A DNA stretch of 64,000 nt. It comes from a virus. Taxonomy: Duplodnaviria > Caudoviricetes. Made by a program: the position numbers and the translations under genes. The notes below the pieces were generated by a model, which ran no database searches, had not been told where the DNA came from, and saw only the letters and a program-made list of their open reading frames with translations. The stretch lies in IMG/VR virus record IMGVR_UViG_3300035101_000015, positions 32,001-96,000 of that record, one strand, 5' to 3'. Numbering within the stretch: position 1 is the first letter of the stretch; each line of letters starts with the position of its first letter. Below, in pieces: positions 18,301 to 27,473 of this stretch.

Positions 18301-19134
18301 GGTGGCCGGGATGGTGACCAACTGAGTCTCCCCTCCATCAACCTTCATCCACAGCGCCTCACCACTGAAGAACGGGAAGCTGCCACTGAGGTCAACCGAG
18401 CCCTCCGAAGTCGAAGCAGCACCTGCAACATAGCCACGGGAGAGGAATGACTGGTCTCGCTTCGACTCTTGCAGTCCCACACCCGAGCCGGTGAAGAAGA
18501 ACACCCGGATGGAGTCCTGCTCAACCGCCAGCTCATCCAGGTTGCTGTTCGGGTCGGGCAGTGCCGTCGGGGGAATCTCCACCTCGTACTGCAGGTACTG
18601 GCTGATGCCCCGGTAGGTCTTGCCGAGGCCGAAGCCGAAGGTGTCCGCCACACTCTGAGTCGTGGTGTCATCGACCAAGATGGACTCGAACTCGCCCTTG
18701 CCCACCGTCACTAGCTGCCACCTGTCCGTGCCCACCGTCTCAGCCAGCGCAGAGGTCACGCCGAGCGCGCTGAGCTGGGTGTTGATTTGGGACACGACCG
18801 TCGCCGGCGTCAGGCCGAACAAGGTGGGGTCGCTGAAGATGATGGTGATGGCAGGGCTTTCGTTGACCGAGATGACCAACGAGTCTCCGTCCAGACCAGT
18901 GTAGCGAATGGGGTCTCCAGTCCCAGGCTTCGAGATGACCAGGGCCGGGAGGGTGATGAGTGCGTCGGGGTTCAACTGGTTCCCGCCGGCGCCGTCGCTC
19001 TCCAGCACCTCGACAATCTGCTTCGCAACGCCCACGACGTTGGGGACCAGAGTCGGAGTGATGATGGACGGAGTGACCGTGCGGAACTCCTGGATGACCT
19101 CTACGCCAGGGCGGGCGAGTTCTTCTGCTGCCAC
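15328..19134 (-). CDS. Tail sheath protein with large repeated insertion domains
   Basis: N-terminal RPGVEVIQEF and C-terminal sheath signature (SITKVVDF...RNFIGR...PPYPCNYIRLTLVV). Confidence 0.88.
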   Translation of the reverse strand: MAAEELARPGVEVIQEFRTVTPSIITPTLVPNVVGVAKQIVEVLESDGAGGNQLNPDALITLPALVISKPGTGDPIRYTGLDGDSLVISVNESPAITIIFSDPTLFGLTPATVVSQINTQLSALGVTSALAETVGTDRWQLVTVGKGEFESILVDDTTTQSVADTFGFGLGKTYRGISQYLQYEVEIPPTALPDPNSNLDELAVEQDSIRVFFFTGSGVGLQESKRDQSFLSRGYVAGAASTSEGSVDLSGSFPFFSGEALWMKVDGGETQLVTIPATVNDSTQLLALLNGTSGFTGVTASLGGSNGLVFTHDTGGYDHTIELVTPDSNSAMGLLGLTAQTVYGVSIAAVDDGNGDAVTPLLEFSGQDFTSAPGTAVLSGSGVPNLPPPANSTLIISDGGPAQTITFDGTETTVALLKTAIEAVMGSNAGGTLVVSEETTGPTPPIGAIIITNSRKGEESVVNIIGGTALPYLDIGDTPAETTEGSVDLGPDLPAVTTEGTVNLADAVFPTFAGETFEVKIDGGVAIPVTLPGTITDWSTPVTGLKAVLETALTGVTATRASGTTGGLVLTGSTLGSTGSLEIIDDAGGGLQLLGLTVEVVTGTDVFPTLGTETFTVDIDGAGPTTVTLASETTFAALKANIEGALTGVTATQGVNGGLVMTGTTTGVQASLVVAEGTGAAALLGLSLETVYGDGENIVAGAKEYGDPFQAQPGDELWVDGLFYALISKVAPGGLTDTLRIDKQVPITSDVGRDWYIIAKNLVAGDATIGVSRPTPDFVLDAQGTLNIKHDQLRDTQGAPVPGKAPLYVSYSAVRQDVSALASQPGLLRFDSTTQLEQQLPPINSDNPLSLGLFYAMVNAPGVQVTGLGVDAISADAPYGTVEAFTRAAEYLEGFEVYAIAPLTHDQTVGQVFNTHVNFMSEPENKGERIVIWNPDVPERQLDTLVASGTDGDGLTTLTFDTKVVNLSTLLNNAGVNPVGTIPTSEGVFLDLASDDEHYSIESISGGVVTIRTTFTAGDNDDGFYADTAMSLPLISEAFAIRVRGAELLTSTGQKDKSGIASTMSSLGQAFGNRRFWLTFPDQAAATIEGLEQLIEGFYMNAAIVGMIGQQPPQQSFTNFPMSGFTRVIGSNDTFSERQLNQMAAGGVYIIVQDVEGGPLTSRMALTTDMTSIETRTDSITKVVDFTAKFMRRGLRNFIGRFNITQGFLDTLGSVIQGLGGFLVETGVLIGLTLNNIIQDEDARDTVLVDTTLDPPYPCNYIRLTLVV

Positions 19135-19140
19135 TGTTCT

Positions 19141-20076
19141 CTAGCCTTTCTGCTCGAATGCCACGGACGAGTCTGATTGTTCCACGCAGGGGCGCACTAT
19201 GGGAATAGTGCTGCCCCCACGTGGGTTGAGGCGTTGGCCCGGCCGGTTGGGCCGAATCGTGCGAACTCTCACCGTGACGGCTGGATTGAGGGGATGCGGT
19301 TGTAGCGAAAGAGGACTTCGTTGTAGGTCCCTCGCTTGCGGTGCGAAGGTTGGTGGAGGACAGGCGTAGAACGCCATGGGAAGTTCATGGTCCATCGCAG
19401 GGTTGTTCCGGGGCGCCCCGAGGCTCCCTCGGAACGTGCGGCCCCGCACCTGCATGGTTTGCTCAATGTTCTGGACTACTTGTAGTCCCAACGGAGTGAA
19501 GGACGAGAGGCGAGCGAACTGGAAGGGCACGCTCACCGGCGTGCAGTAGAACTCATCGCCCCGGTCGTTGGCGATGATGCTGCCAGCGCCTGAGGGAGAG
19601 CCTACTTGAATCCCTCTACCGGTCTCGAAGAAGCCTGCCTTCATCAGCAGGTCTCGCAGTAGCCAAATGTGGTCAGCGATGACGAAGGCCAGGTGCTCAC
19701 TCTCGAGGTCGACCCGAGAGCAGCAGTTGATGGTCATGGTACCCGGAAGAAGCACACCCTTCGTCTTGCGGCCCAGCGCGAAGTCGTACCCCTCGAGGTC
19801 GTCGAGTCCGAGGTTGTAGAACTGGACGGGTCCGCGAACGAAGTTCACGGCCGGCACCTTCTCCACCACCGTTGGCTGAATGACATTCTCGTTGGTGATG
19901 TAGATTTCGGTGTTCTCGTCGTCGGGTACCCACCGATACGAGCCCTCTGGTGCCGTAGCGAACAAGCCCTTCACGAAGTTCACGAAGAGCACGCGCACGT
20001 GCATCAGCGGGTTGTACTTGAAGCTCGACTCCGGGTAGGCCGGACAAGAGCGGGTCTCAGGGTTCTTTGCTGCCAC
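19141..20076 (-). CDS. Putative tail terminator / completion protein
   Basis: Position just upstream of the sheath gene; globular sequence. Function by synteny only. Confidence 0.5.
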   Translation of the reverse strand: MAAKNPETRSCPAYPESSFKYNPLMHVRVLFVNFVKGLFATAPEGSYRWVPDDENTEIYITNENVIQPTVVEKVPAVNFVRGPVQFYNLGLDDLEGYDFALGRKTKGVLLPGTMTINCCSRVDLESEHLAFVIADHIWLLRDLLMKAGFFETGRGIQVGSPSGAGSIIANDRGDEFYCTPVSVPFQFARLSSFTPLGLQVVQNIEQTMQVRGRTFRGSLGAPRNNPAMDHELPMAFYACPPPTFAPQARDLQRSPLSLQPHPLNPAVTVRVRTIRPNRPGQRLNPRGGSTIPIVRPCVEQSDSSVAFEQKG

Positions 20077-20731
20077 TGGCCCTCCTAGCAGCCGACTGCT
20101 CCCTCATCTTGTCGAGGAGGGTGTTCTGCCAGTGGGAGAACAGAAGGCTGCCAAGTCCCATGGTGACAGGGATTGCGTGTCCTGCAAAACGACCGGTGAC
20201 CAGCGGCTTGCCAGTGCGTTTCTTGCTCAGCCGATTGGCCAGTGAAAGGCCGCCGTAGCCGGCGCCGACGCCCGCCCCGAACGCACCGATGTCCTTGGCG
20301 GCAGTCACCCAGGGGTGAGATTTGGCAGGCTTGGGCTCGGGAAGCTCCTCCTGTGGCTCCACAGGAACCACATCAGCCTCAGCTCTCTTCTCCTTTCGAG
20401 CCTGATGGAGCAGATGAAGTCCACCACCAGTGAGAGCTCCACCAATCCCCAACGTCATCAGCGCCTGACCTAGTGGAGGTGCGGCTGATACAGGGCGCGT
20501 GGGTCGAATGGGTGGAATCTTGATGACGATTCGCTTCATCCGAGGCGCTCGCCTCGGCATGGCCTGTTGCTTTGGCACCTTGTGCCCACGTCGCTTCAGG
20601 TCATCTTCAATCTCCCTGAGCTTCCGCTCGAGCTCATCACCTGGGTCCGGGCGAGGCGCTGGAGTGGGCTCCGCCGTCTTCAACAACCCATCCTCGAGGG
20701 CGACTCTCATCTGCATGTGCGTCAGCGACAC
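20057..20731 (-). CDS. K-x-A motif, glycine-zipper protein (putative internal head protein)
   Basis: EDGLLKTAE and EKRAE; GAFGAGVGAGYGG. Confidence 0.5.
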   Translation of the reverse strand: MSLTHMQMRVALEDGLLKTAEPTPAPRPDPGDELERKLREIEDDLKRRGHKVPKQQAMPRRAPRMKRIVIKIPPIRPTRPVSAAPPLGQALMTLGIGGALTGGGLHLLHQARKEKRAEADVVPVEPQEELPEPKPAKSHPWVTAAKDIGAFGAGVGAGYGGLSLANRLSKKRTGKPLVTGRFAGHAIPVTMGLGSLLFSHWQNTLLDKMREQSAARRASGSKEP

Positions 20732-21645
20732 GGCCGGTCTCCGCAGTTGTCGGTCAGGTAGATGTTGAAGATGGAGTTGGTCATCTCATCATCGAGTGCC
20801 TCAAGCTGCTGAGGATTGGTGAAGTTGCGCTCGGGCTTGAGGAAGATGTTCCTCAGTACGTCGCAGAGCTCCACTGGGATGAGGTACTCGATGGCACTCT
20901 GAGGCACCTCGTGAATCTGCACCTCCTGATGAACCGGAGTGCCGACGTGCTTGGTTTTGCTGACCTGGGTAATCTTGTAGCGGGTGTTGTCCGACAGACT
21001 GAGCATCAGGTCACCCGGCTTGAGCGGCGGGTAGTACAACGTCCGGTAGGTGGTGTCCGTCTGCTGCGTCTTGCCGACGGAGCTGAACTGCTCTCGTGCA
21101 GGGTTCGGGTCCCGTGAAATCCAGGACTCGATGGGGTGCATGTACCCCCGGATGAAGCTGGTGTCCCAACAGGTGCGGCATCCAGAACGCTTGCGCTTCT
21201 TGAGGCTCTCACTCCAACACTCAGGACATCGTTGCCCGAAGGTGCGGACTGGGAATATGACGCAGCGCTCACCGATGAACTCCCGCATGAGCAGGGCGAT
21301 GTGCTGCCGGAGTTCGGTGGTGACGAGGTCGGCCTCCTGACCCATCATCACCGGACCGAAGTCCCAGAAAGCGTCAGTTGCCTTGCACCGAACCCTCACC
21401 TTGTAGTGGAGCTGACGGTACCGGTGCAGCGACTTGATGGAGTTGTCGACGTAGAGGTAGCCGTCGTCGAACGGCTCGCAGAGCTCGTCGTACGGACCCT
21501 CAGCGCCCTCGGACCTGAGCACCTGGAAGGTGAAGTCCAGGACGTCGGTCGTCGTCGGCTCGAGCTCCCAAGAGACCTCGTTGTGCTCTACCGACAGCGA
21601 CCGAACCCGCAACTTGCGGACCTGGATTGGGCACGAGCACGACAC
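20722..21645 (-). CDS. Putative neck / head-closure protein
   Basis: CPECW...CRTCWDT insertion, PPLKPGDL and RYKITQV motifs; lies between head and tail genes. Confidence 0.55.
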   Translation of the reverse strand: MSCSCPIQVRKLRVRSLSVEHNEVSWELEPTTTDVLDFTFQVLRSEGAEGPYDELCEPFDDGYLYVDNSIKSLHRYRQLHYKVRVRCKATDAFWDFGPVMMGQEADLVTTELRQHIALLMREFIGERCVIFPVRTFGQRCPECWSESLKKRKRSGCRTCWDTSFIRGYMHPIESWISRDPNPAREQFSSVGKTQQTDTTYRTLYYPPLKPGDLMLSLSDNTRYKITQVSKTKHVGTPVHQEVQIHEVPQSAIEYLIPVELCDVLRNIFLKPERNFTNPQQLEALDDEMTNSIFNIYLTDNCGDRPCR

Positions 21646-21660
21646 CGCCTGAGCACCTCA

Positions 21661-23313
21661 CTACGCTGTGGCTCGACCCAGTAGTGCAGCACCACCGAGT
21701 CCAGCGCCGGCGAGGCCGAGAGCAGCACCACGGTTCTCCGTCTTGCCCGCCCACCGGGCGGCTCGACCGACACCACGGCTGGCCTGACCCTTCAGAGCCT
21801 CCATGCCCTTGCCGAACTGCATCCCTTGACCCTTGGCGCCCTTGAACGCTTTGCCGACGGTGGGTGCGGCCTTGCGGATGAACTGACCAGCACCCTTCAG
21901 TCCAGCCAGCATCGCACCACCAAAGGCTTCCTTCTGAAGCTGCTCGAACTCCTCAGGGGTGAGACCGAAAGCTGCCGCCTGCTTCACCAGTATCGAAGCA
22001 TGCTTGCTGCCGCACGCTGAGTCCTTCTCTTTGCCGCGCAGCATGCCCTTCACCTTGGCAGGCATGGGGCCCTTGCCCTCGCCAACCTTCTTGTCGTTGT
22101 CGAAGTCAGTACCAGGAGGAACTGCGTCCTTGCCGAGGTTCTCGAGCTGGGCCTTCTTCTCTTTGCCCTTCTTCTCGGACTTCTCTGCCTTCGGCTTCTT
22201 GCTACGCGTGTAGCCAAGGTAGGCACCTCCGCCGGCACCCAGAGCTCGTCCAACAGCAGCTCCAGGAGCACCTCCGGCGGCACCTCCCACTATTCCACCA
22301 CCAAGGCTGCCCATCAAAGCGCCAGTTCCTGGACCCATCTCTCCGGGCTTGAAGTCCGCATTCTCCGCGTACCTTCCCATCCTACCGGCTGCGTACCCAG
22401 CGAGGCCGGGTGTGAAGATGTCCTTGGTTGCACCAGCAGCAAGGCCAACTGGAGTGGCGACAGCCAAACCTGCAGGGTCCACTGCAGACACCTTCTGCAG
22501 CGGCTTCTCCCTCTTCTGACTCTCCTGTCCCTTGCTCACGCCGACCTTCTTCTCGGCCTTGCGCTGGAGCTTCTGGGGAACGACCTCGGAACGCGTGGCG
22601 AGTGCCGGGTACTTCTTCGACACAGCCTTGAAGACCTGCGCCTTCTCAGATGGTGAACCGAATTGCCGCACGCGTGTCAGGGCATTGCGGGCGTGCTTCG
22701 GGTCGTGGATGGGGTACTTGCCCCCCTTGACAGCGAAGTTCTTGGACTTGATTTTCTCCCGAGCCTGACCGGTGAGCACAGCAGAGAGCTTGATGGAAGC
22801 AGCCTTCTCTACCGGACTCGCCTCCTCAGCTTCGGCTTCATCCTCTTCGTCCTCTTCATCCTCCTCACCCTCTTCAGGCTCTTCGGCTTCGAGCTCTTCG
22901 CCCTCCTCTTCCTCAGTTTCACCGCCACCGGATGCCTGGAGCTTGTGCTTGTTGAGCTCGAGGTCGAGGATGCGCTTCTTGAGACGAATGGCGTCCTGCT
23001 GGCGCCACTCCTCATCGCACTCTTCGCGCTCAGCTTCCCGCTCCTGCTGCTTGGCTAGGCGCTTCTGCTCCCGAGCAATCTCGAGCTCTAGGCTCTCCTG
23101 CTCGAGCGCCAGGGCCTGTTCATGGAAGGGGGTGCCTTCGTACTTCTCCAACCATTCATCCGAGCCACCGCAGAGGTAGGCCAGCTTGCTCTTGCCCTCG
23201 GCCAGAGCGTAGAGCTCCCGCTTGGGGAGCTTGGTGAAGTCCTGCACCATGGCCTTGTAGGCTGATGCCTTCTTCTCGTGCTCGACTGCGACTTCGAGGA
23301 ATGCGTCCAACAT
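21661..23313 (-). CDS. Modular K-x-[A/S] protein (putative internal head polyprotein)
   Basis: Acidic tract, a KYPIHDPKHARNALTRVRQFG module and glycine zippers, separated by K-x-[A/S] motifs. Confidence 0.6.
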   Translation of the reverse strand: MLDAFLEVAVEHEKKASAYKAMVQDFTKLPKRELYALAEGKSKLAYLCGGSDEWLEKYEGTPFHEQALALEQESLELEIAREQKRLAKQQEREAEREECDEEWRQQDAIRLKKRILDLELNKHKLQASGGGETEEEEGEELEAEEPEEGEEDEEDEEDEAEAEEASPVEKAASIKLSAVLTGQAREKIKSKNFAVKGGKYPIHDPKHARNALTRVRQFGSPSEKAQVFKAVSKKYPALATRSEVVPQKLQRKAEKKVGVSKGQESQKREKPLQKVSAVDPAGLAVATPVGLAAGATKDIFTPGLAGYAAGRMGRYAENADFKPGEMGPGTGALMGSLGGGIVGGAAGGAPGAAVGRALGAGGGAYLGYTRSKKPKAEKSEKKGKEKKAQLENLGKDAVPPGTDFDNDKKVGEGKGPMPAKVKGMLRGKEKDSACGSKHASILVKQAAAFGLTPEEFEQLQKEAFGGAMLAGLKGAGQFIRKAAPTVGKAFKGAKGQGMQFGKGMEALKGQASRGVGRAARWAGKTENRGAALGLAGAGLGGAALLGRATA

Positions 23314-23322
23314 GGTCCTACC

Positions 23323-25860
23323 TCACACGGGCTTCGTGTTCTTCGCGATGTTCTGAATGCCACGGCCAATGGCCGGGCCTGCCAGGGCGCCCACGGCGGC
23401 GCCGCGCAGAGCGTGCATCCCCATCGCTGCCTGGGGGTACTTCCCTGCGATGTCGGCCTCGGCCGCCTGAGCTCGAGCTCCGGCGAGCCGCATGGCCTGC
23501 ATGAATCCTCCCTGCTCCTGCGTCTCCATGTCACGGACGCGCTGTTGGAGCTGCGGGCCGGCGACGCTCTGGTGCTTGCCGTAGGCTGCACCCATCCCAG
23601 CGCCAGCCAAAGCCCATGGCAGGCGCTTCTTGGCCTGCTCCAGCACACCAGCGGCCTTGAAGCCGGTGTCTGGCGCCAGGTCGCCGGGTGCGACCTGCGC
23701 TGGCTCGGCGCCGGGCGCCGGCGTACCCTCCGGCGGTGGAGCGACGGCGACCCCTCCACCAGCAGTGGCTTCCTCTGCCTGGGCTGTCTGTTCGGCCGCG
23801 TCATTCTGAGCCCTAGCAGCCTCCTCCATCTCCTTGCTGGCCTTGGCTGGTGGTGCAACAGGCATTCCCCCAGCCCCTGCGGCGTCAGGACCCATCGCAG
23901 TGGGGTCAGTGGGCTGCGCACCCATCCCACCCTGGAGCTCCTGAGCGGCGACCTCGGCTGGGTCCTGGCTGGCCACTTCGAGCATCTGGGCACGGAGCTT
24001 CTGCATCCCCATCCGCATGTTGGCGGCAATCTGGGTCTGCTTCAGGGCATCATCCTGGGCCGCCATGGCGCCTTGGGTCGCCTGCTGGACACTCTGTCCG
24101 GCCTGGTCCGCCTGCATCTGGAGCTGCTGGAGCTGCTGCTGCATGCCTTCGATGGCCTGCTGCATCTCCGCCGCCTGGCCCTGAGCCTCCTGGGCCTGCT
24201 GCTTGTAGTAGGCCGCCTCCTGGGCACCCTGAGCCTGCTGGCCCATGAGCTCGGCCTCGAGGAAGTTGGTCGGCTGGGTGGAAGGGGCAGTCGGCTCGGC
24301 AGGCCCCTGGGACATGTCCGGTGCTCCCAACCCGACAGCCTGCGGCGGCATCCCCGGTCCCTCACCGCTGCTGCCCGGGGCCATGGGGGCCTCGGTCTCC
24401 ATCGTCTCGCCCGGCTCCTGGCCGAGCTTCTGCAGTGCGAGCTGGAACCTCCCCTCGATGGACGCCTTCTTGGTCGTGCCCTTGGACTTCTTCTTGAGGT
24501 GCCGACTGATGTCGGCGCTGCGGCCGACGGTGCCGCCCGCCTCGCGCCCGGCGAGCATGCCGGCGGCCATTCCAGCGATGGTGCCGGCCGGCCCCTTGCC
24601 ACCGATGAGCTTCTTGCCCGCCGCTGCACCACCGACGGCGCCGGCGATGCCACCGAGGGCCTTGCCGTAGCGATGGCCACGCCGCTCTCGGTCAGTCACC
24701 ACGTTCTTGCGGGCCTGAGTGATGCCTCTCTCGGTACCCTTCACTCGCGCCTCGCGTAGGCGGTCCCGCATCTCCGAGGCCGCAGCAGAGAGCTTGGTTC
24801 TATCCTCATGCTTCGCCTTGGCTTTGCCTACCTGATAGGCGCCTCCCAATGCTGCTCCACCGGTAGCAGCTTGGGTGCCACGTACCTTCATACCTTCGAC
24901 TGCTCGTGCTGCACCCTCATCCATTCGGTACACAGGCTTGCTTCTACCGGGGTAGGTACGCGCCTTGTCCATCTCCTTCGCTCGAGAGCCAGTGAGAAGC
25001 TCCTTGTAGCGCTTTCCTACTCCCTTGGCCTTCCCGGGCCACGGCGGCTTCTTCCACTTCCCAGACAGCTTCACTGAAGCGGACTTCTCATCCTCCTCAG
25101 GTTCCTCTGTCTCTTCAGGCTCTTCGACTTCCTCGCCCTCCTCAGCCTCAGGTGCGGCACCCTCGCCACCTTCAGCTTCAATCTGTTCGGGTGCGACAGC
25201 TTCTGTCGCATCTTCAGGTGCCTCTTCCGGCCCAGCCTTGTCCAGCAGAGACTGAACCTCAGGTGGGTAGCCGGGCTTGCTCCCCGGCTCGAGCGCACGC
25301 CACATGTCGTCGATGAGGCTCTGCACGTTCGACATGTACTGGCAAACGCGCATCTTCATCGGGTTGGTACCAACCACAGCCACGACAGCCTGCATGGCCT
25401 GGATGAGCTCCTGCCCACCACGAATCATCGCCTTGCCGATGGTAGTCGGGTCAGTGCTGGGAGGCGGAGGCTCGGTGTCACCGACATGAACCGCCCCAGC
25501 CAGTACGGAAGCACGACGGGAGAAGTACTCCACGATGTCCCGGTACTCGTAGTCCCTGCATTGGAGGGCCTGCTTCACGGACATGGAGGCAATGCCGGGC
25601 CTGATGCTCACGGAGTAGACCATGGTGGCCTGCAGCATGGTCATCGCCTTGGTGATGACCTCCTGCAAGAGAGCCGCCATCTGCTCTGGAGGAACGTCGA
25701 ACTGCCCCTCGAGCTCACCGGTGGTGTCAGGCTCATCGGCGAGCCCAGCGGTCTTCTCCGCCTCAGCAGTGGGCTGCTTCATACGGAGGTAGAAGTCTGC
25801 TCCGTCCTGGAATGGGATGGCCAGGTCACTTCGTAGTGCTCGCTCGAGGGGATTCATCAC
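23323..25860 (-). CDS. Modular K-x-[A/S] protein with Gln-rich coiled coil (putative internal head protein)
   Basis: Alternating acidic and cationic Gly-rich blocks; EKTAG, EKSAS, KLSA, KKAS, FKAAG. Confidence 0.6.
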   Translation of the reverse strand: MMNPLERALRSDLAIPFQDGADFYLRMKQPTAEAEKTAGLADEPDTTGELEGQFDVPPEQMAALLQEVITKAMTMLQATMVYSVSIRPGIASMSVKQALQCRDYEYRDIVEYFSRRASVLAGAVHVGDTEPPPPSTDPTTIGKAMIRGGQELIQAMQAVVAVVGTNPMKMRVCQYMSNVQSLIDDMWRALEPGSKPGYPPEVQSLLDKAGPEEAPEDATEAVAPEQIEAEGGEGAAPEAEEGEEVEEPEETEEPEEDEKSASVKLSGKWKKPPWPGKAKGVGKRYKELLTGSRAKEMDKARTYPGRSKPVYRMDEGAARAVEGMKVRGTQAATGGAALGGAYQVGKAKAKHEDRTKLSAAASEMRDRLREARVKGTERGITQARKNVVTDRERRGHRYGKALGGIAGAVGGAAAGKKLIGGKGPAGTIAGMAAGMLAGREAGGTVGRSADISRHLKKKSKGTTKKASIEGRFQLALQKLGQEPGETMETEAPMAPGSSGEGPGMPPQAVGLGAPDMSQGPAEPTAPSTQPTNFLEAELMGQQAQGAQEAAYYKQQAQEAQGQAAEMQQAIEGMQQQLQQLQMQADQAGQSVQQATQGAMAAQDDALKQTQIAANMRMGMQKLRAQMLEVASQDPAEVAAQELQGGMGAQPTDPTAMGPDAAGAGGMPVAPPAKASKEMEEAARAQNDAAEQTAQAEEATAGGGVAVAPPPEGTPAPGAEPAQVAPGDLAPDTGFKAAGVLEQAKKRLPWALAGAGMGAAYGKHQSVAGPQLQQRVRDMETQEQGGFMQAMRLAGARAQAAEADIAGKYPQAAMGMHALRGAAVGALAGPAIGRGIQNIAKNTKPV

Positions 25861-26318
25861 GTGACCTCAACATGTGCGAAGTAGTTGTCCATGCGGGGAC
25901 TGGAGCCGATGCTCACAACTCGTGGAGCGGCCCCTGACGGGAAGTTATAGACGGTACCGACGTTGTCGGCGCTCTTGCCAAAGCCAAAGATGGCATTGGC
26001 AGTTCCGTCCTTGTCGACAGTGACTCCAGAGGCATGCTCAAGCGCCAGCCTGCCATCTCTGAAGGAGGCAGTGACACCAGCCACGGTGTCTTCGATTTCC
26101 TTCTTGATGCTGTCACCAGTGGGGCCATCGTAGAGCTTGATGCCCTGCCCACCAGCATCACTGAAGGTCACCGTTGTGGTGTTGATGATGAGTGTGAGGT
26201 TGTGCAGACCAAGCACCCGACCCTCAGGGCTGCGCAGGTCATTGCCACCCATCACACCACCGTTGAGGATGAACTCGAGCTCATCCAGGGTGGCAGCTTT
26301 GATGAACTTGTGTGCCAT
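25857..26318 (-). CDS. Putative virion structural protein
   Basis: Operon-coupled, beta-rich. Confidence 0.55.
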   Translation of the reverse strand: MAHKFIKAATLDELEFILNGGVMGGNDLRSPEGRVLGLHNLTLIINTTTVTFSDAGGQGIKLYDGPTGDSIKKEIEDTVAGVTASFRDGRLALEHASGVTVDKDGTANAIFGFGKSADNVGTVYNFPSGAAPRVVSIGSSPRMDNYFAHVEVT

Positions 26319-26319
26319 G

Positions 26320-26826
26320 TCAGTAGCTCAGGTAGGTGGCGTTGACCGCCCAGTACTCGGAATGGATACCGACGTTGCCTGGGCCGAGGATGCTCTCGAC
26401 GTTCAGGGCGACCTTCACCTGCTTCTTCATCTGTTCGGTGTACCCCCTGAAGTACTGTAGCCAGTTCATCAGGAGGGGAGTCTTGTCGTTCACCCCGACG
26501 TTGATGCCGCCGGTGGAGTAGTTGATGTGGTTGCGGGTCTGGAGCATGCCCACCGACTCGATGACGGCGATGACCGTCATCCTCATGAGCAAGTGGTGCT
26601 GCTGGCGGTCCAGTAGCTGCTCCAGCGTGATGTCGGTGATGGGAGGCGTCCCGTTGAAGTTGCTGACCGCGTCGAGCACCGACCATGCAATCATCCGGTC
26701 GTTGGTCTCCTCGCCAGCGATGAGCCGATTCAACTCGGCGAAATCCCGGAGGAACAGCCGCACCCCTTGGACGAATGCCTTGGTGGTGTCGCTGACTCCC
26801 GGGATTCCTTCGAGGGTCACCCCCAT
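26320..26826 (-). CDS. Putative head-tail adaptor
   Basis: Helical 168-aa protein two genes downstream of the major capsid gene (VRLFLRD...LNRLI). Confidence 0.55.
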   Translation of the reverse strand: MGVTLEGIPGVSDTTKAFVQGVRLFLRDFAELNRLIAGEETNDRMIAWSVLDAVSNFNGTPPITDITLEQLLDRQQHHLLMRMTVIAVIESVGMLQTRNHINYSTGGINVGVNDKTPLLMNWLQYFRGYTEQMKKQVKVALNVESILGPGNVGIHSEYWAVNATYLSY

Positions 26827-26831
26827 CTACC

Positions 26832-27374
26832 TCAGCCCTTCTTGCGGCGGGACCGCTTGCTGCCGGTGAACGACTTCTCCTCCGGCGGAGCTGGTTCTTC
26901 CGCAGGCGGCGGCGGGGGCTCGCCCTCGGGGATGGCCTGCTCGCCAACCGCTGGCACGGGCAGCTCGACGCCCTGCGGCACGCCGCCCTCCATCTTGGGC
27001 ATCTTGTTGCCGGCCGGCTTGTCGTCGGCCACCGTATCCGGCTTGGGCTTGGGCTTCGGACCCTCCACCAGCTTGGTCCCCTTCGACAGGGCCTTCAGGG
27101 TGCGGATGTCCACCGGTTCGCCCTTGTCGGTGGTGACCTTGGCAGCACCAACTTCCACCCGGTTGACCAGCTCGGCGTGCAGCTTGCGGATGGTGGTCTC
27201 CGTCACCGGCAGGGGCCGGTTGCGCATGACGCGGATGGAGCCGCCACCCAGCATGAGCACGGTGCGGGACCGCTCCCGAGCGACGGCGGCTCGTCCAGCG
27301 CGCGTCTCCCGACTGCGGGTCATGTTGTGAATCTGGTAGCGCTGTTCGGGCGCCTTCTTGCTCTTCTCGGCCAT
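26832..27374 (-). CDS. Hypothetical virion-region protein
   Basis: ATG at 27374 with GAGGAG RBS; Pro/Lys-rich tail. Confidence 0.55.
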   Translation of the reverse strand: MAEKSKKAPEQRYQIHNMTRSRETRAGRAAVARERSRTVLMLGGGSIRVMRNRPLPVTETTIRKLHAELVNRVEVGAAKVTTDKGEPVDIRTLKALSKGTKLVEGPKPKPKPDTVADDKPAGNKMPKMEGGVPQGVELPVPAVGEQAIPEGEPPPPPAEEPAPPEEKSFTGSKRSRRKKG

Positions 27375-27402
27375 GATGTCTCCTCTGTATACCAAGCCTA
27401 CA

Positions 27403-27442
27403 AGAAGAAAGGGCGCCAGCACACTCCGGCGCCGGCGCCCTC
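27403..27442 (-). terminator. Rho-independent terminator after the major capsid gene
   Basis: Minus strand AGGGCGCCGGCGC...GTGCTGGCGCCCT stem followed by TTCTTCTT. Confidence 0.65.
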
Positions 27443-27473
27443 TCTCCGGGCCGACCAAGGACGGGTCGGGGGC

